Source of the DNA: Squalus acanthias
Lineage: Eukaryota
Direction: 5' to 3'
NCBI GenBank assembly: GCA_030390025.1
Contig: CM059431.1
Location: forward strand, 153,390,001 to 153,454,000
DNA length: 64,000 nt
The notes under the pieces are model-generated. The model worked only from the letters and a program-made list of their open reading frames with translations, was not told where the DNA came from and made no database searches. The translations under genes were made by a program, and so were the position numbers. Position 1 is the stretch's first letter, and each line of letters starts with the position of its first letter. This document shows, in pieces, positions 35,069 to 49,700 of this stretch.

Positions 35069-38000
35069 GATGGTATGACTTTCTCTTATAAAGATGTCCC
35101 TGATGATGAGACACCCTCTTTAAAATGTGTCCCTGATGGTGAGACACACTCTTTAAAAGGGATCCCTGATGGTGAGACTCCCTCTTTTAAAGGGGTCCCT
35201 GATGGGGAGACTCCCTCTTTAAAAGTGGTCCCTGATGGAGAGTCTCTCTGTTTAAAAGGTTTCCCTGATGGAGACACTCCCTCTTTAAAAGTGGTCCCTG
35301 ATGGTGAAACTCTCTCTTTAAAAAGTGTTTCTAATATGGAGATTCTCTTTAAAAGTGGTCTTTGATAGAAAGACTCCCTCTTTAAAAGGGTTCCTTAATA
35401 GAAAGACTCTCTCTTTAAAATGGATCCCCGAGATGAGACTCCTTCTTTAAAAGGACCGCCTGACCGAAAGACTGCTTCTTTAAAAGTGTCTCTGATGGTG
35501 AAACCCTCTCTGTAAAAGTTGTCCCTGATTGTGATGCTCTCTCTTTAGAAGGAATCCCTGATATTGAGGCTCACTCTTTTAAAGTTATCGCTGATGGTGA
35601 GACTCACTCTTTAAAAGTGGTCGCTGATGGCGTGACACTCTGCTTAAAAGGGGTCCCTGATGGTGAGACTCCCTCTATAAAAGTGGTCCCTGATGGATAC
35701 ATTCCCTCTTTAAATACGGATCCCGCTGGAGAGACTCTCTCATTAAATGGATACCTTGACGGGAAACACCCTCTTTCAAGGTGTCCCTGATTGGGAGACA
35801 TCCTCTTTAAAAGGTTTCCCTGATGCAGACATTCCCACTTTAAAATGGGTCCCTGATGCTGAGACTCTCTCTTTAAAAGTGTCTCTGATAGTGACACTCT
35901 CTTTATAAAAGGGGTCCCTGATGGTGAGATTCGATATTTAAAAGGCATCCCTGATTGTGAGACTCACTCTTTAAAAGGAACCCTGATGGTCAGACTCACT
36001 CTTTAAATGGTGTCGCTGTTGGTAATATTCTCTTTTAAAGGGCCCCCTGACAGAAATACTCTCTCTTTAAAAGTATCTTTGAAGGTGAGACTCTCTCTTT
36101 AAAAGGGCTCCTTGATAGAAAGACTCCCTCTTCAAAATGGCTCCCGAAGGGCGAGACTCCCTCTTTAAAAGGGGTCCCTGATAGATAGACTCTCTATTTA
36201 AATGGGGTCCCTGATAGTGAGAATCCCTCATTAAATGGTGTCCCTGATAGTGAGACTAACTCTTTAAATGGGATCCTTGATGGTGAGACTCCCTCTTTAA
36301 AAAGTGTCGCTGATGGTGAGACTCTCTCTTTTAAAGATGTGCATAATAGGAAGGTTCTCTTTAAATGGGGTCCCTGATAAAAAGACTCCCTCTTTAACTG
36401 GGTCTCTGATGGTGAGTCTCTCTCTTTAAAAGGGTTTCCTGATGGTGAGACACCCTCTTTACAGTGGATCCCTATGTGTGAGAGACACTCTTTAAAAGGG
36501 GTCTCCGATGGTGAGACTCACTCTTTAAAAGGGGTCGCTGATGTAAAGATTCTGTTTGAAAGGGCTCCCTGATAGAAAGACTCCCACTTTAAAAGGATCT
36601 GTGAAGGTGAGATTCCCTCTTTAAAAGACTCCCTGATAGAAAGACTCCCTCTTCAAAATAGTTCCGGAGTTTGAAACTCACTTTTTAAAAGTGGACCCTG
36701 ATAGTCAGACTCCGTCTTTAAATGGGATCCCTGATGTTGAGACACCCTCTTTAACAGTGGTCCCTGATGGGTAGACTCCCTCTTTAAATTGGATCCCTGA
36801 TGATGAGATCCCCTCTTTAAAAGAGGTCCCTGATGGTAAGACTCCCTCTTTAATAGAACTCCCTGATGCTAAAACACAATCTTTAAAAGGTTCCCTGATG
36901 GTGACACTCGCTGTTTAAAAGGGATCACTGATGCTGAGACTCTCTATTTAAAATGAGTATTTGATGGGGAGACTCTCTCGTTAAAAGGGGTCCCTGATGG
37001 TAAGATACCCTAATTAAAAGGGATCCCTTATGGTGAGACTCCCTTTTTAAAAGGGGTCCTTGATAGAAAGATTTTCTCTTTAAAAGTAGTCCCTGATGTT
37101 GAGACTCTCTATCGGGGAGACTCTCTGTTTAAAAGTTGTCACTGATAGGAAGATTCCCTCTTCAAAAGTGGTTCCAGATAGAAAGACTCTCTCTTTAAAA
37201 TGGGTCCCTGATGGTGAGACATCCTCTTTAGAAGGGGACTCTGATGGTGAGACTCACTCTTTAAAAGGGCTCGAAGATAGAAAGACACCATCTTTCAAAT
37301 GGTCTCTGACGGTGAGTCTCTATCTTTAAAAGGTGTGCCTGATGTTGAGACAGCCTCTTTAAAAGGGGTCCCTGATGGTGAGACTCCATCTTTAATAGGA
37401 GTCCCTGATGCTGATACACCCAATTTAAAAGGGATCCCTGAGATTGCCTCTTTAAAAGGTGTCACTAATGGGGAAAATCTCTCTTTAAAAGGGGTCCCTA
37501 ATAGAAGACACCCTCTTTAAAAGGGATCCCTGATAGAAAGACTTTCCCTTTAAAATGGGTCCCCGAGGGTGAGACTCCATCTTTAAAAGGGGTCCCTGAT
37601 AGAAATAATCTCTCTTTAAAAGGTATCCCTGATGGTGATACTCCCTCTTTAAAAGGGGTCCCTGATAGTGAGACTGCCTCTTTGAAAGTGTTCCCTGATG
37701 GTGAGACTCCCTCTTTAAAAGGGTTCCCTGATGATGAGACTCCCTCTTTAAAAGGGGTCCCGAAGTGTGAGAATCTCTCTTTATAAGGCATCTCTGATGG
37801 TGAGACTCACTCTTTAAAAGGGGTCCCTGATGTTAAGACTCTCTTTAAAACGGCTCCCTGATAGAAAGATTACCTCTTTAAACGGGTCTCTGATGGTGAG
37901 AATCTCTCTTTTTAAAGGTCTCCCTGATAGATAGACTCCCTCTTTAAAAGTTATCCCTGATGATGAGACTCTCTGTTTGAAAGGGATCCCTGACGGTGAG

Positions 38001-41000
38001 TCTTCCTATTTAAAAGGGGCCCCTGTTGGAGAGAATCTCTCTTTAAAAGGTGTCCCTAAATGGAAGATTATCTTTAAAAGGTGTCCCTGATGCTGAAACA
38101 CCCTGTTTAAAATGGCTCCCTGATAGAAAGACTCCCTGTTTACAAGGGATCCCTCATGGTGAGTCTAAGACTTTTATAGGGCTCCATGGTGGCGAGACTC
38201 AGTCTTTAAATGGGCTCCCTGATAGAAAGACCCCCTATTTAAAAGGTAATCTGACGTTTAGACTCTCACTTTAAAAGTGATCCCTGATGGTGAGAGTCTC
38301 TTTAAAAGGGGTCCCTGACCGGGATTCTCCCTCTTTTAAACGGGCACCAGATGATGAGACTCTCTCTTTAAAAGGGGTCCCTAATGCAGAAACACCCTCT
38401 TTAAAAGGGGTCCCTGATCGGGAGACTACCAATTTAAAAGGTTTCCCTGATGGTGAGACTATCTCTTTAAAATGGGTCCCTGATGGAGACACACCCTCTT
38501 TAATAGGAGTCCCTGATGCTGAAACATCCTCTTTAAAAGGGGTCCCTAAAGGGGAGACTCTCTCTTTAAAAGGTGCCACTGATAGAAAGAAGCCTTCTTT
38601 AAAAGGTGTCTCTGAAAGAACGGCTCTCTCTTTGAAATGTGTCCACTTGGGTGAGACTCCCATTTTAATATGTGCCCTTGATAGAAAGACTCACTTTTAA
38701 AAGATGTCGCGGAAGGTGGGACTCCCTTTTTAAAAGGGGTTCTTGATGGCGTGACTCTCTGTTTGAAATGGTTCCTTGATGGTGAGACTCTCGCTTTAAA
38801 AGATTTCCCTGATGTTGAGACTGCCTATCTAAAAGGCGTCCCTGATGTTGAGACTCTCTCTTTAAAAGGTGTCCCTGATGGTGAGACTTTCTCTTTAAAA
38901 GGGGTCCCTGATGTTGAGACTCTCTCTTTAAAAGGCGTCCCAGATGGTGAGACTCTCTTTTTAATAGGAGTCCCTGATGGAGAGACTCCCTCTTTAGAAG
39001 GGGTCCCTGATGGTGAGACACCCTCTTTAATATAAATCGCTAATGCTGAAACACCATCTTTAAAAGGGGTCCCTAATGGTGAGAATCCCTCTTTAAACGG
39101 TGACCCTAATGGGGAGATACTCTCTTTATAAGGGGTCCCTGATTGAAAGTCTCCTTCTTTAAAAAGAGTCCCTGATGCTGAAACACCCTTGTTAAAAGGG
39201 GTCCCTGATGGTGAGCCACTTTAATAGCGGTCCCTAATGGGGAGACACTCTCTTTAAAAGGGGTCCCTAATGGTGAGACTCCCATTTAAAAGGGGTCCCT
39301 GCTAGTGAGACTCCCTCATTAAAAGTGGCCCCTAATGGTGAGACTACCTCTTTAGTAGGAGTCCCTGATGCTGAAACACACTATTTAAAACGGATCCCTG
39401 ATGGTGAGATTGCCTCTTTAAAAGGTGTCCATAATTGTGACACTCTCTCTTTAAAATTAATCCCGGATAGATAGACTCTCTCTAAAATGTGTGCCCGAGA
39501 GTGAGACTCCCTCTTTAAAAGACTTCTCTGATGGTGAGACCCCCTCTTTAAAAGGATCCCTGAAGGTGAGACTCTCTGTTTAAAACTGTCCCTGATGGAG
39601 AGACATCCTCATTAAAAGGTGTCCCTGATGTTGAGACTCTCTCTTTAAAAGGGGACCCTGATGGAGAGACTATCTCTTTAAAAGCGGTCCCTGATGCTGA
39701 AAATCCCTCTTTATAAGAAGTTCCTGATGAAGAGACTGCCTTTTTAAATGGGGTCCCTGGTGGAGAGACACTCTCTTTAAAAATGTGACTAATATTAAGA
39801 TTCTCTTGAAATGTGGTGCGTGTTAAAAATACTCTATCTTTAAAAGTGGCCCTTGAATGAAAGACACCCTCTTCAACAGGGTCTCAGATGGTGAGTGTCC
39901 CTCTTTAAAAGGGATTCCTGATGGTGAGACACCCTCTTTAAAAGGGGTCCCTAAGTGTCAGACTCTCTCTTTAAAAGTGATCTCTGATGGTGAGTTCAAG
40001 CTTCAAAACGGGTCCCTGATGGTAAGACTTCTTTAAAAGGGCTCCCTGAAAGAAAGACTCCCTCTATAAACGGGTCTCTGATGGGGTGACTGTCTCTATT
40101 TAAAGGGCTCCCTGATAGAAAGAGACCCTCTTTAAAAGGAATCCCTGATAGTGAGACTCTCTCTTTAAAATGTATATCTAATGGTGAGACAAACTCTTTT
40201 AAAGGGATCCCTGGTGGAGAAACCCTTTCATTAAAAGAGGTCCCTGATCCTGAAACACCCTCTTTAAAAGGGGTCTCTGATGGGGAGACTCTCTCTTTAA
40301 AATGGCTAACTGACAGAAAGATTCCCTTTTTAAAAGCGTTCCCTGATGGTGTGTCTCGCACTTTTATAGGGATCACTGGTGGTGAAACTCATTCTTTAAA
40401 AGGGCTACCTGATATAAAGACTCCCTCTTTAGAATGGTCTCTGACGGTGAGCCTCTCTCTTTAAAAGTGATCGCTAATTGTAAGACTCTCTCTTTAAAAT
40501 GTGTCCCTGGTGGAGAAGCTCTCTCATTAAAATGGGTCCCCGCCGTGGATACTCCCTCTTTTAAAAGTGCCCCTGATGGTGAGACTCTCTCTTTAAAATG
40601 TGTCTCTCATTGGAAGATTATCTTTAAAAGGGCTCCCTGATGGAAGGACTCCCTCTTTAAAAGTGTATCTGATGGTGAAACTCCCTCCATAGGAGGGCTC
40701 CCTGATCGTAAGACTCACTCATTAAAATGGAGCCCTGATGGTAAGACTCACTCTTTGAAAGGGCTCCCTGATAGACAGACTTACTCTTTAAACGGGTCTC
40801 TGACGGTGAGAAGTCCTTTAAACGTTTACACTGAGGGGGAGACTCCATCTTTAAATGGGGACCCTGATGTTGATTCTCCCTCTTTAATAGGAGTTCCTGA
40901 TGCTGAAACGCCCTCTTTAAAAGGGGTCCCTGCGGGAGAGACACCCACTTTAAAAGGGGTCCCTGATGGTGTGACTCCCTCTTTAAATAGGTTCCCATAT

Positions 41001-42568
41001 GGAGACACTCCCTCTTTAAAAGGGGTCGCTGATGCTGGGACTCCGTATTTAAAATGGATCCCTGATGGAGAGACACACCCTTTAAAATGTGTACCTGATA
41101 GAGACACTCCCTCTTTAAAAGGGCCCCTGATGGTGATACTCACTCTTTAAAAGATCACTCTCATTGGAAGATTAACTTTAAAAGGTCTCCCTGATAGAAA
41201 GACACACTCTTTAAAAGTGTCTCTGATGTTAAAACTCCCTCTTTAGGAGGGCTCCCTGATCGAAAGACTCCCTCTTTAAAAGGGAACCCTGATGGTGAAA
41301 CTCAGATTTTGAAACGGCTCCCTTAATGACCGACTCGCTCTTTAAACGGGTCTCTCCCTGTGAGACTCTCTTTAAAATATTTCCCTGATGGTGAGTCTCC
41401 CCTGTAAAAGGGGTCCCTGAAGGTGAAAAACCCAATTTAAAAGTGGTCCCTGATGTTGAGACTCTCTCTTTACAAGGTGTCCCTAATAGGAAGATTTTTT
41501 TTAAAATGGGTCCCTGATAGAAAGTCTCCCTCTTTAAAGCATTCCTTTAAAGAAAGGCATTCTCTTTAAAATGGGTTCTCTTTTGGTGAGACTATCTCTT
41601 TAAAATTGTTCCCTAATAGGAAGATTCTCTTTAAAAGAGGACCATGATAGAAATACTCCCTCTTCCAAAGGGGTCCATGATGGTGGGTCAATCTCATTAA
41701 AAGTGCTCAATGATGGGGAAAAACCCTCTTTAAAAGGTATCCTTGTTGGAGAGACTCTCTCATTAAAAGGGGTCCCTGACAGGGATGCTCCCTCTTTAAA
41801 AGGGGCCCCTAATGGGGAGATTCTCTCTTTTAAAGGGGATCATGTTGGAGTGACTCTCTCATTAAAAGTGGTTCGTGACAGGTAAGCTCCCTCTTTAACA
41901 GTGGCCCCTGATGTTAAGGCTCTCACTTTAAAAGTGGTCCCTGATGCTGATACAGCCTCTGTAGAATGGGTACTTGATGCTGAGACTCCCTCTTTAAAAG
42001 GGGTACTTGATGGTGAAACTATCTATTTAAAGATGTCCCTAATATGAAGATTCTCTTTAAAAGGGAGCCCTGCTGGACACCCTCTATAAAAGGGGTCCCT
42101 GATGGTGAGATTCCCTCTTTAAAACGGGTCCCAAATGGGGAGATTCTCTCTTTAAAAGGTGTCCCTGATAGAAAGACTCTCTCTTAAAAGGGGATCCTGA
42201 TGTTGAGACTCCCTTTTTTAAAGGGGTCCCTGATGGCGAGACTCTCTCTTTAAAAGGGGTCCCTCATGGGGAGACTCACTCTTTAAAATGGGTCCCTGAT
42301 GTTAAGACTCTCTTTAAAAGGACTCCCTGATAGAGAGACTCCCTCTTTAAGAGGATCTCTGATGGTGAGACTCCCTCTTTAAAGGGTCTCCCTAATAGAA
42401 AGACTCACTCTTTAACAGGGCTCCCTGATGGTGAGACTCCCTCTTTTAAAGGGTCTCTGATGGTGAGACTCCCTCTTTAAAAGGTCTCCCTGATAGAAAG
42501 ACTCCCTTTTTAAAAGTGGTCCCTGATGGCGAGACACTCTCTTTAAAAGTGATCCCTGATGGTGAGAC
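35069..42568 (-). repeat. 33-bp satellite, minus orientation
   Basis: Same unit, reverse orientation. Confidence 0.95.
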
Positions 42569-43702
42569 TGAAGGGTTAATTACTAGTCCTAGCCCCTTTA
42601 GGGCTTATCCGGAACAGGCGTATTTCTCAGACATTCACTTTCAACTAAAGTTTGAGTTAGCCGAATCGTAAAGGCGCTTAATTGTGTCTGAAGATCGGGA
42701 CTATCACTCCCGAAAGGAAAGGAACAACCTGAAAATGTTACCGTCCTCCAAATAGCACTTTTAATAAGTTTAGCTAGACTGTAACGTTCCGGATATTATG
42801 AGGATAAGGAAAAATCCCCCAGAATTCTACAACTTCTCACGAAAGTGTGTACAGAGATTGAATTTGCGAGTTTGATACAGAAGTCATATGTGAGTCAATA
42901 TAAAAAAATATATAGATAGATTAAATAACCGACATGTAATTTACAGTTGGTGTGTCAATCGCAACATTAACAGTTCCAAAAAATGAAAGATTTACAATCT
43001 TATTATCAGAGATCCTTATTCTCAAATCTTAACTTCGCTGCAGTTTTACTGTTCTTAAAGATTATTGAGGATATCCACCAAAATCAAATATAGTAACTTT
43101 GATCCCCGAGGTACAAATTCTTGTAGAATTATGGAGCCACCTCTGAAGCTGAGAATCGCTTTGCCCGTTAAAGCGTGTCTACTATCCCATTTGAGAGTTC
43201 AATATTTGCACACTTTTCCAGTGTTATTTCCTTTAAGCTTTTCTGCAGATGTAAGCTAATTATCTATATTCATTTTTCTGCAGACCCCTGCATTCCAAGT
43301 CTCCTCAGCTGGTAGTAATACAGAGTCGTGTCTCCTCTAGGTTTTCCAAGCTTACCATAAAAAACGGTGTAACATCAGGTGCCTTTCATTTGTTGTCATT
43401 TTTACTAAGACCTTCTGTTTGTGCCTCTTTACGAAGTGTAAATTAGAACACCTTGTACAGTGTTAAACTTTGTTTTGTTCCGAAAGGTTCATATTGTCGG
43501 GAGTCTTTAACCTTCGGCTTCAATCAGATTATTGATTCAGTGTCAACAACTATCTTATCTCTGTAGCCAGAATTATATCATAGCTTTAGATTGTTGAGGC
43601 TTCCAGATTTCCAAACCCAGTTTGCCATGTTTTAATACGGCCAGAATTCTTTCATACTATGGTGTGCTTTACTGAATAGGTTATATGGCTTATTCCTTCA
43701 CA
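42569..43702 (-). mobile_element. Solo LTR of foamy-like ERV, short subfamily (1134 bp), 4-bp TSD AGAC
   Basis: The + strand reads ggtg-AGAC|TGAAGGG ... TTCCTTCACA|AGAC-tccctc, with TG...CA ends. It is homologous to 15979-17117. Confidence 0.92.
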
Positions 43703-45004
43703 AGACTCCCTCTTTCAAAGTGTCTCTGAATGTGAGACTCCCTCTTAAAAAGGAATCCCTAATGGGTAGATTATCTCTTTAAAAGCGGTTCCTGATGGTG
43801 AGATTCTCTTTAAAAGGGGTCCCTGATGGGGCGTCCCTTTTTAAAAGGGGTCCCTGATCGTGAAACTTCCTCTTTAAAAGGGGGCCCTGATGGTGAGACT
43901 CATTATTTAAAATAGGTCCTTAATAGGAAGATTCTCTTTAAAAGGGGTCCCTGATAGAAAGACTCGCTCTTTCAAAGGGATCCAAGATGGTGACACTTCC
44001 TTTTTAAAAGTGCTCCCTGATGGGGAAAAACCCTCTTTAAAAGGGGTCCCTGGTGGAGATACTCTCATTAAAAGTGGTCCCCGACAGGGATACTCCCTCT
44101 TTAAAAGGGGCCCCTGATGTGCGAACATCTCTCTTTAAAGGGGGTCCCTGCTGGTGACAGATCCTCTTCAAAAGGGGTCCCGGTTGGTAAGACTCTCTCT
44201 TTAAAAGGGGCCCTGATGGAGCGACTATCTCTTTAAAAGCGGTCCCGGGTGGAGAGACATAATTTAAAAGGGTCCCTGCTGCTGAAGCTCCCCCCTTAAA
44301 AGTTGTCCTGATGGAGACACACCCTCTTTAAAAGGGGTCCCTGATGGAGATACTCCCTCTTTAAAAGGTGTCTCTAAAAGGAAGATATTCTTTAAAAGGG
44401 GGCCATGATAGAAAGACACCCTCTTTAAAAATGGTCTCTGATGGTGAGACTCCCTCTTTAAAAGGGGACCCTGGTGGAGAGACTCTCTTCTTAAAAGGGA
44501 GCCCTGAAGGGGATACTCCCTCTTTTAAAGCGTCCCCTGATGGAGAGAATATATCTTTAAAAGTGCTCCCTGATGCTGAAACACCCTCTTTAAAACGTTT
44601 CCCTGATGTTGAGACTCCCTCTTTAAAAGGGGTCCCTGTGTGTAAAAATTGTAAAAGGCTCCCTGACAGAAAGACTCCCTCTTTGAAAGTGTCTCTGATG
44701 GTGAGACTCCCCCTTTAAGATTGCTCCCTGCTTGAAAGACTACCTCTTTAAAAGGGATTCCTGATGTTGAGACACTCTCGTTAAAATGTATCTCAGATGG
44801 TAAGACTCAATCTTTAGAAGGGGTCCCAGATGCTGAAACTCCCTCTTTGAAAGGGGTCCCTGATGGGGGGACACCCACTTTAATAGTTGTCCCTGATGGA
44901 GACACTCAATTCTTTAAAAGCTGTCCCAGATGGAGAAACTCCACTTTAAAAGTTGTCTGTGATGTTGAGACACCCTCTTTAAAAGAGGTCCCTGATGGTG
45001 AGAC
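43703..45004 (-). repeat. 33-bp satellite, minus orientation
   Basis: Same unit, reverse orientation. Confidence 0.95.
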
Positions 45005-46777
45005 TGAAGGTATAATTACAAGTTCTAGCCCTTTCGGACTACCCCAGATCAGGCTTTTTCCCCATACGTTTACCTTCAACTAAAGTTTGCGGTAGCCGGA
45101 TCGCATAAGACGCTTAATTGAGCCTAATGGTCAGACTACCTCTCCCTAAAGGAAAGAAGCGGTCTAAAGATGTTACCATCCTCCAGATAGTACTTTTAAT
45201 AAGTTTAACTAGACTGTAACCTTTCGGATATTATAAGGGTCCGGAATACCCCCAGAATTTTGCAACTCCTTTGAGTGTACAGAATTTGAGTTCGCAAGAT
45301 GATACAGAAATACTCTTTGAGACTTTTCTAACAATATATAGATTTATTAACGAAAAGACATTTATATAACATTTATTATGCCAATCGCAACTTTAATCGT
45401 TCAAAATACAAATAGCTTACTTTATCTTATTCTCAGATTTGTATTCCCAAATCTTAACTTCGTTACATTTCCACACTTCTACTTATTCCTTAATCCAGAA
45501 TATCCACCAAAATCAAATAAGAGTACCTTGATCCCCGAGACTCAAAAGTTAAAATCTTACAGAGAATTTTCTGTTAAGTTGAGAAACGCTTGCCTTCTCA
45601 GCGACTTCTGACTTTTCTGTCTGAAAAGATCTATTTTTACATATTTTTTTGGGTGGTTTATCCTTTGAGAGTTTTGTGCTGATGTAAGTTTAATTGTATC
45701 AATCATTCTTTGCTGACTTTGTTCTATTCTTTATTGATATCTCTGTTGAATGCATTTTGACTTGTGTCCTGTTTAGGTGTTTCCAAAACCATCATAAAGA
45801 CAATAACAAAAAATGGTTTCGGTTTTATGCAATTCTTAGGAAGTCTTTCTATTGAATTTCTAAAATAACAACAGAAAACGCTGGAAAAACTCAGCAGGCC
45901 AGGCAACATCCGTGGAAAGAGAAACAGAGTTAACGTTTCAGGTCGAAACCCTTCGTCGGTTTCGACCTGAAACGTTAACTCTGCTTCTCTCTCCACGGAT
46001 GTTGCCTGGCCTGCTGAGTTTTTCCAGCGTTTTCTGTTGTTATTTCGGATTTTCAGCATCCGCAGTATTTTGCGATCGTATTGAATTTTTAATACTACTT
46101 CAAATGTTTTTTATCAGACGTTTTGACTTCGTGGCATTCCATGTTCAATAAAAGAACAATGTAATTGCTTGTTGCTTCCATTGAAGTAATATTTTCAAAG
46201 TCGTCTTTTTTGGGTACTTTTTACAACTTGTAAATTAAAAACACTTCTCTAGTATCATCATGCATTTCTAATTTGCTTCAATTGATTTTTACCTTGTGAC
46301 TCCACCTTTCAAGCTTAACGTTAGAACTATTTGTTCAGAAGGCATTTCTTTCACTTGATGTCATTTATTTAAAGCCTTCTGTAAGTATTATATTTACAAT
46401 ATGTTAATTGAAAATACTTTAACTAAAGTGTTCAATTGTTTTCTCGGTTTCTGAATTAGTTGCATATTTAATGATGTTTCCTTATTCTAAGTTTAACATA
46501 AATCTATTTTACGATAGGTATTTCTTACTTGATGTCATTTTTTCAAAAGCACTTTGTTTTTTTAATGTTCTGTGCACCTGTTCGACGTGTTAGATTATAA
46601 CACTTTACTTCGGTCATTCCTCTGTTTTGTCCAAAACTCTGGACATAGAGGAACCTCCCAATGGTTTGCTTCAATAGCGCATTGTCTTTGTCAATATCCC
46701 ATTCCCATATCAAAGCTTGTGTTTACGGCTTTGTGTTAGTATCGTACATTTTTCTGAATCCTGGATATTCCTTCACA
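45005..46777 (-). mobile_element. Solo LTR of foamy-like ERV, long-U3 subfamily, 4-bp TSD AGAC
   Basis: The + strand reads ggtg-AGAC|TGAAGGT ... TTCCTTCACA|AGAC-tctttc. R/U5 is homologous to the short LTRs and U3 to 735-1977. It contains a nested 216-bp insertion. Confidence 0.92.
45863..46078. mobile_element. Short Penelope-like terminal fragment forming an 88-bp-arm hairpin
   Basis: Arms 45863-45950 and 45958-46045 with loop CTTCGTC. It is absent from the homologous LTR at about 1185 and flanked by TATTGAATTT(C/T)TA on both sides. The minus strand has a degenerate hammerhead-like core, CCGACGAAGGGTTTCGACCTGAAACGTT. Confidence 0.75.
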
Positions 46778-49700
46778 AGACTCTTTCTTTAAAAGCGGTC
46801 AATGTTGGAGTGACTATCTCTTTAATAGCGGTCCCTGATGGAGAGATTCCCTCTCTAAATGTCTCCCTAATAGAAATATTCTGTTTAAAAGGGGTCCCTG
46901 ATAGAGAGACACACTCTTTAAAGGGGTCCCTGATGGTGAGACTCTCTCTTTAAAAGGGATTCCTAATGGGAAGATTCTCTCTTTTAAAGGGTCCCCTGAT
47001 GGTGAGACGCCCTCTTTAAAATGAGAACCTGACGTTGAGACTCGCTTTAAATGGGGTCTCTGTTGGTGAAACTCCCTCTTTACATGAGTCCCCGATGTTG
47101 AGACTTTCTCTTTAAAAGGTTTCCCTTATCGGAAGATGTGTTTAAAATGGGTCCCTGATAGAGAGACAACCTCTTTAAAAGGGGTCCCTGTTGGTGCTAC
47201 TCCCTCTTTAAAAGGGATCCCTAAAGGGGAGATTCTCTTTTAAAAGGGGTCCCTGATGTTGAGACTCCTGCTTTAAAAGGGGTTGGTGAGACGCCCTCTT
47301 TAAAAGGGGTCACTAACGCAGACACGCCACCTTCAAAAGTTATCCCTTATGGAGCGACTCCCTCTTTAAAAGGGGTCCCTGATGGTAAGAATCTCTCTTT
47401 AAAGATGTCCCTGATGATGAGACATCCTCTTCAAAAGGGGTCTCTGATGGTGAGATCCTCTCTCTAATAAGGGGCCCATGGTGGAGAGACACTCTCATTA
47501 AAAGGGGTCCCTGAAAGGGATAATCCCTGTTAAAAGGGGTCCCTGATGTTGAGACTCTCTCTTTAAAAGTGTTCCCTGCTGCTAAACACCCTCTTTAAAA
47601 GGGGTCCCTGATGGTGAGACGCCCTCATTAAAAGTTGACCTGTCTGTGAGACGCTCTTTAAAAGGGGTCTCTGATGTTGAAACTCCCTGTTTAAAATGGG
47701 TGGCTGATGTTGAGGCTCTCTCTTTAAAAGGGATCCCAGATGGTGAGTCTCCCTCTTTAAAAGGGGCCACTGATGTTGACACTCCACCTTTAAAAGTTTC
47801 CCTGATGGAGAGACTCCCTCTTTAAAAGGGATCCCTGATTGTAAGACTCTCTCTTTAAAAGTTGTCCCGAATAGGAAGATTTTCATTAAAAGGGGTCCCT
47901 GAAAGAAAGAATCAATCTTTAAAAGTGGTCCTTCATGGAACGACTCTTTCTTTAAAATTGGTTCCCGTGTGTTAGACTCCCTCTTTAAAAGATGCACTGA
48001 TGATGATACATCCTCTTTAAAAGGGGCCCTGATGGTGAGATTCTCTCTTTAAAAGGGGTCCCTGGTGGAGAGACTCTCTCATTAAAAGGGGTCCCTGACA
48101 GGGATACTCCCTCTTTAAAAGGGGTCCCTGATGGTGAGACTCTCTCTTTAATAGGGTTCCCTGCTGCTAAACACCCTCTTGAAACGGGGTTCTGGATGGT
48201 GAGATTCCATTTTTAAAGAGTGGTCCGTGATGGGTAGACATCCACTTTAAAAGGGTTCCCTAATGGCGAAAATCACTCTTTCAAAGTTGTCCCTGATTTA
48301 AAGACGCCCTCTTTAATACTATTCCCTGCTGCTGAAACACCTTTTTAATTGGGTCCCTGTATGTGAGCCTCTTTAAAATGGGTCCCTAATCGGGAGGCTC
48401 TCTCTTTAAAAATGTTAACTGATTGAAATACTCTCTTTTTAAAAGGTGTCCCTGATGGTGAGACTCCCTTTTTAAAAGGGGTCCCTGATGATCAGACTCC
48501 CTCTTTAATGGGAATCCCTAATGCTGAAACTCTCTCTTTAAAGGTGTTCCCTGATGGTGAAACTCCCTTTTCAAAAGGGGCCCCTGTTGCTGAAACTTCC
48601 TCTTTAAAAGTGGTCCCTGCTTGCAAGATTATCTCTTTAAATGGGGTCCCTGTTGCTGAAACTTCTTCTTTAAAAGGGGTCCCTGATCGCAAGATTCTCT
48701 CTTTAAATGGGGTCCCTGATGGTGAAACTTCCTCTTTAAAAGGGGTCCCTGATCGCGAGATTCTCTCTTTAAAAGGGGTCCCTGATGGAGGCACACCCTC
48801 TTTAAAATGTGTCCCTGATTGTGAGACTCTCACTTTAAAAGGTATCCCTAATAGGAAGATTCTCTTTAAAATGGGTCCCTGATGGTGAGACTCTCTTTAA
48901 CAGGGGTCACTGAAGGGGAGACTCCATCTTTAAAAGGGATCCATGATGGTGAGACACTAATTTTAAAAGGGGTCCCTGATGGTGAGACTTCCTCTTTGAA
49001 ATGGGTCCCTGGTGGAGAGACTCCCTCATTAAAAGGGGCCCCTGCCAGGTATACTCCCTCATTAACAGAGGACACTGATGGTGAGACTCTCTCTGTAATA
49101 CGGGTCCCTGATGCCGAAACACCCTCTTTAAAAGTAGTCCATGATGGCGAGACTCGCTCTTTAACAGGAGTCACTGATGGGGAGAGTCCATCTTTAAAAG
49201 GGGTCCCTGATGGTGAGACTACCTCTTTAAAAGGGATCCCTAATGGAGAGATTGTCTATTTAAAAGGGTCCCTGATGGTAAAACTCCCTCTTTAAATGGG
49301 GTCCTTTATGGTGAGACACCCTATTTAAAAGGGGTCCCTGATGGAGGGAGTATCTCTTTAAAAGTGATCCGTGATGATGAATCCCCCTTGAAAAGTTGAC
49401 CCTAATAGGAAGATTATCTTTAAAAAGGGTCCCTGATAGAATTACACCCCATTTAAAAGTGGTCCCTAATGCGGAGATTCTTTATTTAAAAGGGGTCCCT
49501 GATATTGAGACACCCTCTTTATAGGGTGTCCCTGAGTGTGCGACACTCTCTTTAAAAGTGATCTCAGAAGTTAATACTCACTCTTTAAAAGGGAATCCTG
49601 ATGGTGAGACACACTCTTTAAAAGGTCTCCCTGATAGAAAGACTCCCTCTTTAAAAGGGTCTCGGACGGTGAGAATCTCTCTTTAAAGAGGGCCCCTGCT

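Noticed and set aside
45724..46151. Pair of similar ORFs on opposite strands (ERETELTFQVET...)
   Set aside because: They are produced by the 88-bp-arm inverted repeat.
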